Both the position numbers and the translations under genes were made by a program. From an uncultured Candidatus Saccharibacteria bacterium (lineage in GTDB: Bacteria > Patescibacteriota > Minisyncoccia > Phycocordibacterales > UBA2100), in the NCBI GenBank assembly GCA_964424265.1, contig CAYRHX010000006.1, positions 1 to 57,216 of the forward strand: a DNA stretch of 57,216 nucleotides. The letters are read 5' to 3'. Under the pieces are notes generated by a model. That model did no database searches and was not told the origin of the DNA. It saw nothing but the letters and a program-made list of their open reading frames with translations. Shown piece after piece: positions 1-8,307 of the stretch. Position 1 is the stretch's first letter. Every line of letters begins with the position of its first letter.

Positions 1-335
1 TTATCTTCACTCTGTGTGCCGTAATCGGTGCCGGGGTGGCATCCTGTTTTCGGGTAATTTACTTTGTCGGGACTTAAAAACTTCTGCGTAACCTTGAATT
101 TGTCCGCTCGAATTGGGGCGTGCCACTTATTTTTCGACGCAGGATCTAGATTCTCTTTCACGGGCTCAAGATATGTCGCGGCACAAAATCCTTTGGTGCC
201 GTCTGCCAGCGTCACTGCTTTCCAGGTATATTCATCACTCTCGACAACGGTTCCCGCCGTTAGGCTGCCAATTTTCGGACCATCGATACTAGGCCTGGAT
301 CGCATATTAATCGTATCCGTGGCTTTATATTTCAT
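1..335 (-). CDS. Partial CDS (first 111 codons; continues past the left window edge): SH3b-like domain followed by the start of an M23/LytM-type peptidoglycan peptidase
   Basis: Absent from the ORF track because it runs off the edge. My translation of the reverse strand from ATG at 335 gives MKYKATDTINMRSRPSIDGPKIGSLTAGTVVESDEYTWKAVTLADGTKGFCAATYLEPV...KFKVTQKFLSPDKVNYPKTGCHPGTDYG. The first half fits the bacterial SH3 pattern. H-P-G-T-D-Y fits the HxGxD metal-binding motif of M23 peptidases. Confidence 0.6.
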   Translation of the reverse strand, partial: MKYKATDTINMRSRPSIDGPKIGSLTAGTVVESDEYTWKAVTLADGTKGFCAATYLEPVKENLDPASKNKWHAPIRADKFKVTQKFLSPDKVNYPKTGCHPGTDYGTQSED

Positions 336-345
336 ACATCTCTGC

Positions 346-570
346 CTAGTGGCGGAGTCTTCTAAGCGCCTCTCTTAATATCTTTTTTCTACCCTCGCTC
401 GGGCTTATCTTCTTCGCAGCCGCAGTCAGAGCCTCTTTTGCATCTTGCTTTGTTGTCCCTTCAGGGGCTTTATTCTGTAGCTGCTTCACCGCATAGTAGA
501 ACTCCCACTTTTCCTTAAAGCTGATCAGATAGCTGTCTGGTCTGCCTTTCTTTTTCTTATCGTCTGCCAT
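346..570 (-). CDS. Small lysine-rich hypothetical protein (74 aa)
   Basis: ORF 346-651 trimmed to the internal ATG at 570 (MADDKKKKGRPDSYLISFKEKWEFYYAVKQL...). The longer form would overlap the stop (605-607) of the upstream nuclease gene. No family recognised with confidence. Confidence 0.4.
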   Translation of the reverse strand: MADDKKKKGRPDSYLISFKEKWEFYYAVKQLQNKAPEGTTKQDAKEALTAAAKKISPSEGRKKILREALRRLRH

Positions 571-604
571 ACGGAAATTATACTTCCCGTTTGTCGCTCC
601 GCAA

Positions 605-1546
605 TCATCCCGCAAGGTCCCATTCGACGAGCGCGAAGTTTTCGGAATCAAATCCCGATGAAAGAGCTGCTTTGAGCCACTGTGTTTGCGACAGTTGCAC
701 GCGGTCTTTCTTTGAACGTTTCAGCTCGATGAACAAAATACTGTCGTCCTTCCACGCGAGCACATCCCAGCATCCGCCGCTTTTTCCGGTCTTCGCTCGC
801 AGGGATTCGACGACTCGGTTCTGTGCTTCGGGGAGTTCAACGGGTGTGGCGACATCGGGCAACCCGACCCGATACTTCCGTCGGTAGCTGTCCACCCAAA
901 CGCCGTTCCATCCGTGCGACTGGAACAAACACAAAACCGCAAGCTCGGCGAATACCGGCTCGCCGTTCCAGTCGATGACCGCTTTGCCGTTATAGTCGGT
1001 CGGCACAGGTGCGCCCTCCCACTGCTTGAACTGAAGGAGATATTTCTGGACGAGGGTGTGTCCACCGGATGGGAGTGTAAAAATCTCATTGTCCACTCGG
1101 TGCGGAAATATTTCGAGGTCACTTCTATAAAAACTACGTGGAATGATGAGTCGGTGCTTCTTGAACGAATTACATCGCTTGCACGCGAGCGTCAGATTTT
1201 TTATGTGATTGGACCCAAAATCCTGTGCCGCGACTTTTTCCGATGAAACACGCGCAATGTGTCTGAGTTTTTTGTTGAGCTCGTTCGTCGCAAGCGGGAC
1301 GATATGGTCGGGCTCCCAAATTTCTTCCTTGCTGCAATCCGGATGAATGTGGAGCTGGCATTTTCCGCCATGCGTCAGTATCAGCCCTGCGAGCAGTTTT
1401 TTCTTCGTCTTATTAAACTCCCATCGCTTGATGGCTTGGTGTCTGAAGTCGAAGTGTTCAGAAAATTCATCCTCCAATCTTTTTGCATCACCATCGGCGA
1501 GCAGATTGGCGAAGAACTCCCGATCTTCGGGATATTCGAATTGCAT
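605..1546 (-). CDS. Two-nuclease fusion: N-terminal HNH endonuclease domain plus C-terminal VRR-NUC / PD-(D/E)xK-type nuclease domain
   Basis: 313-aa ORF. HNH signature: C-x-L-H...PDHIVPLATNE...NLTLACKRCNSFKKH. The C-terminal GCWDVLAWKDDSILFIELKRSKKDRVQLSQTQWLKAAL fits the D...E-x-K...Q..W layout of VRR-NUC domains. Confidence 0.75.
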   Translation of the reverse strand: MQFEYPEDREFFANLLADGDAKRLEDEFSEHFDFRHQAIKRWEFNKTKKKLLAGLILTHGGKCQLHIHPDCSKEEIWEPDHIVPLATNELNKKLRHIARVSSEKVAAQDFGSNHIKNLTLACKRCNSFKKHRLIIPRSFYRSDLEIFPHRVDNEIFTLPSGGHTLVQKYLLQFKQWEGAPVPTDYNGKAVIDWNGEPVFAELAVLCLFQSHGWNGVWVDSYRRKYRVGLPDVATPVELPEAQNRVVESLRAKTGKSGGCWDVLAWKDDSILFIELKRSKKDRVQLSQTQWLKAALSSGFDSENFALVEWDLAG

Positions 1547-1688
1547 GCACCTTGATACGCAGAGGAGCCAGTGTCTACGGAACGCAGGGTAAGCATATTT
1601 ATTATCACAGCGCTAACCTCGCGATGCGAAGTGGGTGGTCTCCATCCGAACCAATTCCGTTTAGCGAACTCGTCGAAGCATAACTACT

Positions 1689-2402
1689 ATGAACATCGAT
1701 GCATACACATTCCGCGCCCGTTTGGTGCCGGTATTCATCGTGCTGCTGCCGTTGGGGCTGGCTTTTTTTGCATTCTATCCGCTCACCTCGGTAATATCGG
1801 CATTGGTAGGATTGTTTGGAACACTCTCGGTGCAGAGCTTGCTCACACTTCTTTTTTCAGAAATCGGGCGTGATCTTGGGAAAAAGAAGGAGCCGGGACT
1901 GTATGAATTATGGGGTGGTATGCCAACCGACTTTATTCTCTCGTTGCAGTCGTCACTAGATCGTACAACGGTGGAAAGATACAAGACCAAGTTACGGGCT
2001 ATGCTACCGGACGTATCGTTTCCGACGGCAGAACAGGAAGCGAACAACCCTTCTGCGGCACGAGATGTTTATCGCTCATGTACAAATTTCATGCGGGAAA
2101 AGACACGCGATACAGCAAAGTATCCGCTGCTTTTCAGAGAGAACGTTAGCTAGGGTTTCCGTCGAAATCTTTGGGGCATGAAACCGGCCGGTATCACTGT
2201 AACCCTGATCGGATTGACCTCATGTGTATTTTCGCTGACCGCATTTCCAAAGAATGAATACGAAATGATAGTTGCATGGGTAGGCCTAGCGATAAACGCG
2301 GTACTTTTGACCTGGTGGATATTCCGTATAAACCGCCCTTGGATTAGAGTCGCGGGAGACGAATACGCAAAGCAGCTTTTCGCTGCGTGCGAAACCCTCT
2401 AA
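1689..2402 (+). pseudogene. Four-TM membrane protein reading frame interrupted by a single in-frame TAG (2151-2153). It may instead be two adjacent small membrane-protein genes (1689-2153 and 2178-2402)
   Basis: ORFs 1689-2153 and 2178-2402 are in the same frame (both starts are divisible by 3). The only stop between them is the TAG. Translation across it reads ...LLFRENVS*GFRRNLWGMKPAGITV..., with two predicted TM helices on each side. Confidence 0.5.
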
Positions 2403-2633
2403 GTTCCGTAAGGGGTGACGCGAAACCGCCCTTATGCGGGGCGGTCGCGTAACACCGTCTCAGGTTCGTGCGGGGGCAGTAATAATCGAACGGAGTCGGT
2501 CGCCCTTGTACCATTATGGCTTAAGATATGAAAGAATTCGAGGTCTTTTCAGGGTCCCCGCTACGACGCTTGCTTCCTATACGGTTATCTTATATAATCT
2601 CCCATACTTGAAATATGAGATAGCTTACCCGGT

Positions 2634-3689
2634 ATGACCAATCGTCTGAACAACCGCCTAAAGAATTTGCCAGAAAATATCTGGTCACTCGTCAATAAAA
2701 TCGACCTCTTCAAAGGACAATGGATCGGCGGTGCGCAACTGAATCCGCATGCGCTCGGCCGCCTGAAGCGCTCTGTGCTCATAACATCGACTGGTGCCTC
2801 GACGCGCATTGAGGGCGCAGGGCTGTCCGACGAAGACGTGGAGAAATTAATGCGCGGACTCTCGATGCAAAAATTTGCCGATCGGGATAAACAGGAAGTG
2901 AAAGGATACTACGAACTACTCGAAAACGTGTTTAATTCCTGGAAACACATTCCTTTTACCGAAAGCACTATCAAGCACTTTCATAGCGAGCTTCTGAAAT
3001 ATGTGAAGAAAGACGAGCCGCATCGGGGTGAATACAAGAAAAAAGAGAACAAGGTAATGATGATTGACGGGACGGGTAAATCGGTTGGCACTCTTTTCGA
3101 TACGACACCCGCATATCTGACGCCGAAAGAGATGCAAGAACTTGTCGAGTGGGCACAGGAGGAACTTGCGCTTCAAAAAATACACCCGCTCATCATCATC
3201 GGAAATTTTCTGGTGGAATTCCTCAACATCCACCCGTTCGAAGACGGTAACGGGCGTATCTCTCGTGTGCTAACAAATCTTCTAATGTTGCGGTCAGGGT
3301 ATGCATATGTGCCATATGTATCGCATGAGAAGTTGGTCGAAGATAACAAAGCAGAATACTACGTGGCACTACGGAGAAGTCAAAAAACATTCAAATCGGA
3401 TAAAGAAACAATTTGGCCATGGCTGGAATTTTTTCTGAACACGTGCGTGACACAAGCAGAGCAGGCAATTGAACTGCTTTCCCAGGAAAATATCGAGCGG
3501 CTCCTCTCTCCGAAACAGCTCGTTGTATGGCAATATCTTGAGCACATGCCTGAAGCGACGCCGGGGGAGATCGCAAGAGCGACAAAAGTGGCACGTCCTA
3601 CGGTATCGCAAGCACTCGATACGCTTATGCGTCTGAAGAAGGTGGAACGGATCGGCCAAGGCAGGACGACGCGGTATCGAAAGATATAA
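2634..3689 (+). CDS. Fic-family protein (AMPylase-type Fic domain) with C-terminal winged-HTH
   Basis: 351 aa. Canonical Fic motif HPFEDGNGRISR (nt ~3231-3266). The C-terminal PGEIARATKVARPTVSQALDTLMRLKKVERIGQGRTTRY is a typical wHTH. Confidence 0.9.
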   Translation: MTNRLNNRLKNLPENIWSLVNKIDLFKGQWIGGAQLNPHALGRLKRSVLITSTGASTRIEGAGLSDEDVEKLMRGLSMQKFADRDKQEVKGYYELLENVFNSWKHIPFTESTIKHFHSELLKYVKKDEPHRGEYKKKENKVMMIDGTGKSVGTLFDTTPAYLTPKEMQELVEWAQEELALQKIHPLIIIGNFLVEFLNIHPFEDGNGRISRVLTNLLMLRSGYAYVPYVSHEKLVEDNKAEYYVALRRSQKTFKSDKETIWPWLEFFLNTCVTQAEQAIELLSQENIERLLSPKQLVVWQYLEHMPEATPGEIARATKVARPTVSQALDTLMRLKKVERIGQGRTTRYRKI

Positions 3690-3692
3690 GGT

Positions 3693-5804
3693 ATGTACTC
3701 ACGAGAAGAACGGGTCGAGATTTTCAGATCCCTCTTCAAAGGGCGCGAGGACGTGTTTGCTCGACGATGGGAAAAGTGGCAAGGCGGAGTTTCCGGTTAT
3801 TCGCCCTTATATACCGATCAGGATAAGGAATCATATACGCCACTCTCCATTGACTGGATCGAGAAACACCTGACCGGTGCGGCAACACTCGGAGTATACC
3901 CACTCCTTAACGACAATACGTCGAATTTTATAGTGGCAGATTTTGATGGAAAAAGCTGGCAAAGCGTAGTCAGGAATTTCCTTGTCGTCTGTGCACGGCA
4001 TACGCTACCTGTTGCAATCGAACGATCACGTTCGGGAAACGGTGCCCATGTCTGGTGCTTTTTCGACGCTCCATACCCGGCAAGCAAAAGTAGACGGGTA
4101 TTCCTTTCTCTTCTCCGCGGGGCGGGATGCATAGACCCTTTGGAGAAAAACGAGGGCTTCGACCGTCTGTTTCCGAATCAGGATTACTTGTCCGGGAAAG
4201 GACTCGGCAATCTTATTGCGCTCCCTCTTCAGGGTGAATCACGAAGAAATGGCAATACGGTTTTCATTGATCCTGACAAAAGTTTTGAGGCGCATGCAGA
4301 CCAATGGCAATACTTGCATGATCTGCAACGAACGAGCGCGGAGTTTCTCGATGGTTTGTACAAATATACCTATCCTGATCAGGATGAAGCAGTCCCAAAG
4401 AAGAAAGTGCACGCTCATTTCGGGAAGACCATTATCCTCACGCTCGATAATGCTATTTCAATTTCAAAGACGAATCTGCCGCCACATCTCGTCTCGTACT
4501 TGCGTGAGGAACTCAATATTCTCAACATCGGCTATGTGGTAAAGGAACGCGCGGGTTTGCCGACCTACGGCGAAAAGAAATTCATCAAAACACTCGACCA
4601 GACAGATGACTCAATTCTCGTACCGCGTGGTTTTCTTACGAAGCTGTATGCGTGGCTCGACGAACGGAACATCAAATACCGCGTTATAGATACTCGACTG
4701 ACACTTGGTGCAGTGGGTCTCAAATCCACATACACCATGCTCCCCTATCAAGAGTCTACCGTCGCAGCCTTCGACGCGTCAGAACAAGGCATCCTCGTAG
4801 CCCCAGCTGGAGCGGGAAAAACATTCATGGGCCTTGAGATCATCGCGCGTAAGAGGCAGCCCGCGATTATTCTGACGCACCGTAGACAAATATACGATCA
4901 GTGGCTCGAAAGGGTTGAGCAAGGTTTCGGAATCCCGAAAACCAAAATAGGGCAAATTGGCGGGGTGAAGAAAAATCCGGGTCAACTAATAACAATCGCC
5001 ATGGTGCAAACACTTGCGCGCATGAAAGATATCAGTGACATCGCTACGCGTTTTGGCACTGTACTCATAGACGAGTGTCATCATATGCCATCGAGGATGT
5101 TCCGCGATGTGGTTTCGAAATTTCCTGCACGCTATCGATTCGGATTGACTGCCACTCCGTCGCGCAAATACAACGACGAAAAATTGATCGGCGCATATCT
5201 GGGCGAAATCGTGCATACGATCGACAAGGCGCAGGTGCAAAACATTACTGCGCAATCGCACGATGCGACCCTTGTGAGTGACGCTGTCGTCGTGCGGACA
5301 ACGAGCCTCGCAACGCCATTCGGCACCTCGTCTCGTGATTTCCAACTGATGTCGAAAGTGCTTTCGAGCGATGCGAATCGGAATGCGCTTATTGCCGAAG
5401 ATGTTGCGCAGGAAGCGAACAGTGGCAAGAAGTGTCTTGTGCTCACCGAACGTAAAGAACATGCCGAGATGCTGCGTGCATATCTGCGTAAAGATTTTGA
5501 AACTATCATGTTCTCTGGAGATCTGTCTTTTAGACAGCGTTCGTTCGCGCTCCAGAAAATCAAGGGCGGAAGATTCCGGATTTTGATAGCGACCGGTCAG
5601 ATTTTGGGAGAAGGAGCTGATATCGCCGACCTCGAAGTACTTTTCCTCGCGTTTCCAGTTTCATTTCACGGCAAGCTCGCACAATACGTCGGCCGTATCA
5701 AACGCGAAAGCGGACCCAAAAAGGTCTACGACTATCGAGACGCAGCCGTACCAATTCTCGAAAAACTTTGGAAGAAACGTGCAGCGTACTACCGAAAAAA
5801 ATGA
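3693..5804 (+). CDS. Fusion of an archaeo-eukaryotic primase (AEP/PrimPol-like) N-terminal domain with a superfamily-2 DEAD/DEAH-type helicase
   Basis: 703 aa. The ATG lies 3 nt after the Fic stop. N-terminal REDVFARRWEK...GVYPLLNDNTSNFIVADFDG...ERSRSGNGAHVWCFF is AEP-like. Helicase motifs: APAGAGKT (Walker A), LIDECHH (motif II), GLTATP (motif III), and a C-terminal helicase lobe (ILIATGQILGEGADI...AQYVGR). Confidence 0.85.
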   Translation: MYSREERVEIFRSLFKGREDVFARRWEKWQGGVSGYSPLYTDQDKESYTPLSIDWIEKHLTGAATLGVYPLLNDNTSNFIVADFDGKSWQSVVRNFLVVCARHTLPVAIERSRSGNGAHVWCFFDAPYPASKSRRVFLSLLRGAGCIDPLEKNEGFDRLFPNQDYLSGKGLGNLIALPLQGESRRNGNTVFIDPDKSFEAHADQWQYLHDLQRTSAEFLDGLYKYTYPDQDEAVPKKKVHAHFGKTIILTLDNAISISKTNLPPHLVSYLREELNILNIGYVVKERAGLPTYGEKKFIKTLDQTDDSILVPRGFLTKLYAWLDERNIKYRVIDTRLTLGAVGLKSTYTMLPYQESTVAAFDASEQGILVAPAGAGKTFMGLEIIARKRQPAIILTHRRQIYDQWLERVEQGFGIPKTKIGQIGGVKKNPGQLITIAMVQTLARMKDISDIATRFGTVLIDECHHMPSRMFRDVVSKFPARYRFGLTATPSRKYNDEKLIGAYLGEIVHTIDKAQVQNITAQSHDATLVSDAVVVRTTSLATPFGTSSRDFQLMSKVLSSDANRNALIAEDVAQEANSGKKCLVLTERKEHAEMLRAYLRKDFETIMFSGDLSFRQRSFALQKIKGGRFRILIATGQILGEGADIADLEVLFLAFPVSFHGKLAQYVGRIKRESGPKKVYDYRDAAVPILEKLWKKRAAYYRKK

Positions 5805-5856
5805 TTTTTCGTTTTCTGATACTTCCACGACGCTATCGATGCCATTGCAGTAAGGT

Positions 5857-6069
5857 ATGGAGGTACTTTGTTACTACGACACGAAGAAAAACCGGAAGCG
5901 CGACTTTACCAGGTATCAAGTTTCCCACGATGGCTCTTGGTACATATTCGAAGAGCTTAAATGTCATAATTTTGGCAACGAGACAGCTTGTCACGAAATG
6001 CATCGGCAGGAATTTGAAACAGAACAGGAAGCGCGTGCGGTTTACGAAAGCTGTCTGGGCGACAAATAA
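5857..6069 (+). CDS. Hypothetical 70-aa protein
   Basis: ORF only (MEVLCYYDTKKNRKRDFTRYQVSHDGSWYIFEEL...). It lies in the gap between two convergent helicase genes. No recognisable motif. Confidence 0.3.
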   Translation: MEVLCYYDTKKNRKRDFTRYQVSHDGSWYIFEELKCHNFGNETACHEMHRQEFETEQEARAVYESCLGDK

Positions 6070-6090
6070 TTTCCGATACTTCTCTCGTCA

Positions 6091-7794
6091 TCAATTTTCG
6101 ACATCATTGTCATACAACATCCGCGCAAGACGCAGATCGTCATAGGAATAGGTGTTGTCGAGTTTCTCGAAGACGGGCGTGAGACGCTCAAGGCCGAGTT
6201 CTTTGAACGCGGCGTGAATCGTCGGGAGAGACTGCTTGAGCGATTGTGAGACGAGCGGCTCGATGTCGGAACGACTGAGGCGACCTTTTGAGAAGAGGTC
6301 GTAGACATGCGATGAGATGGTTGTTTCGACAAGCCCGCGCGTTTCCGCGATCTCGCGGATTGATTTGCCACTTTTAAGAAGGGCGAATGTCGCTTCGAGG
6401 GTGGAGATACGAACCTCTTTCTTTTTCGGCCCCATTCCCGGCTTACCGCCGCATGCGTGGATAAAGTCGTTGTGCATTATTAAAAGTTCTGCGGGATTGA
6501 TTGCATTGAATTTTTCACGCGCTTTGTCCGATTGTTGGCGAAACTCTGTATCCTTCCCTTGAACTTCGGGGTGTATCTCGAGTGCGCGAGCGTTGAGGCC
6601 AGCGAGCGAGAGCCCAGCGAGCGTGCGTACGCGCGAAAGAGCGACGTAGCCCTGCCCGTACTCAAACGTATCGGAAAGATCCATATGCGCAGCATCGAGC
6701 GACATTCCCTGACTCTTGTGCACCGTCATCGCCCACGCGAGGCGAAGGGGAATTTGAATGATGCGAGCAAGAACGCGTCCGCTGTCTTCGATGTGCCACT
6801 CATCCGGTTCTGCATAGATCGTTCTTCCAGCATTCGTCTTTACGATAGGGTACCCTGTTTCGGAAAATCCGGTAACAGTACCAAGCGTACCGTTCACATA
6901 GCGATGTGTTGTGATGTCATTCTTCGTGAACATAATGCGCGCACCGATCTTGAGCGAAAGAATCTCCGGTGAGAGACATCCGCGCTTCAGTGCGGCGACC
7001 AATTTATCCGGACCGCGGCTTGCCATCTCGAATGTTTTCACTTTGCCCACAAGTTTCGCTAGTTCTGCATCGTTGATCGCGTTGACATCAGCATTGTGCG
7101 AGTAGAGTTGCGTGATTCCATCCTTTGGTTTTGGTGCATAACGTGTGCGCAAGAGTTGACGATGCGGTTCAACGACAATTGCCCGCCGTACCGCCGAGAG
7201 AAATTCCAGAAATACGACATCTTCCTGCCGATGCTGCTCCGAGAGGTAGCAGACCAGTGGATTGAGTGTATTCCAAGCCGGGGAGAAAAATGCGAATTGC
7301 TCTCTGCTTTCCGACTTGACCAGGGATATTTGCTCTTCTTCGCCGTCTTCTCGTTTACTTACAGGCGGCAACTGGAAAAAATCGCCAACTAGAACGACTT
7401 GCAAACCGCCAAAAGGTCCGGGGTTGCGTCGTATCTCGCGACACACCGCTTCGATCATCGAGAAAGTCCGCGCCGAGAGCATCGAGACTTCGTCGATTAT
7501 GAGAATTCGCGCATTGCCGACCCGCCGCACGACATTTCTGTTTTGCGCGATGCGGTCGAGGTCATATGTCGTAAGATCGCGTCGTATGCCGATACCGCTC
7601 CACGAATGGATCGTGAATCCCCCGATATGGGTAGCGGCGATACCCGTCGACGCAGTAATTGCGGGCTCTATGCCGCAAGAGCGCAGATGCGAAACGTACT
7701 GATTAATCGTGTGCGTCTTTCCGCTTCCTGGTTCACCGGTAAGAAATACATTTGCGCCGGTTTTCAGAATCGCAAGCGCTTCGTCTTGAGTCAT
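6091..7794 (-). CDS. PIF1/RecD-like SF1 DNA helicase with C-terminal tandem HTH repeats
   Basis: 567 aa. N-terminal FLTGEPGSGKTH (Walker A), ILIIDEVSML (Walker B), VLVGDFFQLPPV, and the C-terminal helicase lobe WAMTVHKSQGMSLD...YVALSRV, all typical of PIF1-like helicases. The last ~110 aa contain two HTH-like repeats (SIREIAETRGLVETTISSHVYDL...). Confidence 0.85.
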   Translation of the reverse strand: MTQDEALAILKTGANVFLTGEPGSGKTHTINQYVSHLRSCGIEPAITASTGIAATHIGGFTIHSWSGIGIRRDLTTYDLDRIAQNRNVVRRVGNARILIIDEVSMLSARTFSMIEAVCREIRRNPGPFGGLQVVLVGDFFQLPPVSKREDGEEEQISLVKSESREQFAFFSPAWNTLNPLVCYLSEQHRQEDVVFLEFLSAVRRAIVVEPHRQLLRTRYAPKPKDGITQLYSHNADVNAINDAELAKLVGKVKTFEMASRGPDKLVAALKRGCLSPEILSLKIGARIMFTKNDITTHRYVNGTLGTVTGFSETGYPIVKTNAGRTIYAEPDEWHIEDSGRVLARIIQIPLRLAWAMTVHKSQGMSLDAAHMDLSDTFEYGQGYVALSRVRTLAGLSLAGLNARALEIHPEVQGKDTEFRQQSDKAREKFNAINPAELLIMHNDFIHACGGKPGMGPKKKEVRISTLEATFALLKSGKSIREIAETRGLVETTISSHVYDLFSKGRLSRSDIEPLVSQSLKQSLPTIHAAFKELGLERLTPVFEKLDNTYSYDDLRLARMLYDNDVEN

Positions 7795-7930
7795 TTGAGC
7801 ATTCTAAGATTAATCGTCATTTTCACAAAGTTCGAATCCTTTTCGTATTCGGACTTTTTACGTGGACACGGTCGCCCTACCGTCCTTGTTTTAATAGGAA
7901 TCGGTCGCGGTACACGCGTGCCCTAGACTT

Positions 7931-8015
7931 CGGAGAGGGGGAGATTCGAACTCCCGATACCTTGCGGTATGCCGGTTTTCGAAACCGGTGCATTCGACCA
8001 CTCTGCCACCTCTCC
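7931..8015 (-). tRNA. tRNA-Ser (anticodon CGA), long variable arm, no encoded CCA
   Basis: Reverse complement: GGAGAGG-TG-GCAG..-CCGGT-TTCGAAA-ACCGG-CATACCGCAAGGTATC-GGGAG-TTCGAAT-CTCCC-CCTCTCC-G. Cloverleaf folded by hand. Confidence 0.9.
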
Positions 8016-8177
8016 TTCGAGCAGCCGACGGCTGCTCAGGCCACGCCCTAAAAAGGACGAGCCAGAATGATCTGGCTCTGCTCAAAGTACCACACTTTCT
8101 CTTAGGCCGAAAATACGCTAAACTTCGAGTTATTCGTCTGCTTTGAAGGCTTGCCCTCCGAAGCCTCGGCGAAGGAG

Positions 8178-8249
8178 GGCCCTATCGTCTAATGGTCAGG
8201 ACAGCGCCTTTTCAAGGCGTTAATCCGGGTTCGATTCCCGGTAGGGTCA
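8178..8249 (+). tRNA. tRNA-Glu (anticodon TTC), no encoded CCA
   Basis: GGCCCTA-TC-GTCT..GGAC-A-GCGCC-TTTTCAA-GGCGT-TAAT-CCGGG-TTCGATT-CCCGG-TAGGGTC-A. Cloverleaf folded by hand. Confidence 0.9.
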
Positions 8250-8307
8250 AAAATGTTGAGGTATAGGTATTTCGGATGGCGGTGCTACTATTTCTGTACC
8301 TACCTCT

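Noticed and set aside
64-378. 104-aa plus-strand ORF at the left edge
   Set aside because: It lies antisense to a reverse-strand frame that translates into a clear SH3b + M23 peptidase sequence. It has no motif or ribosome-binding site, so I treat it as a shadow ORF.
2151-2153. TAG as a sense codon (alternative genetic code)
   Set aside because: TAG terminates well-supported genes in this window (purH at 19090-19092, the NYN gene at 26058-26060, ybeY at 29700-29702), and TGA and TAA also act as stops. A local nonsense mutation or two separate genes are more likely.
7795-8307. Looked for an att-type direct repeat of the tRNA-Ser or tRNA-Glu 3' end inside the island (1-7794)
   Set aside because: I could not find any copy of the T-arm/acceptor sequence (GGGAGTTCGAATCTCCC... 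or CCGGGTTCGATTCCCGG...) elsewhere in the window. The island boundary therefore cannot be set from this window.
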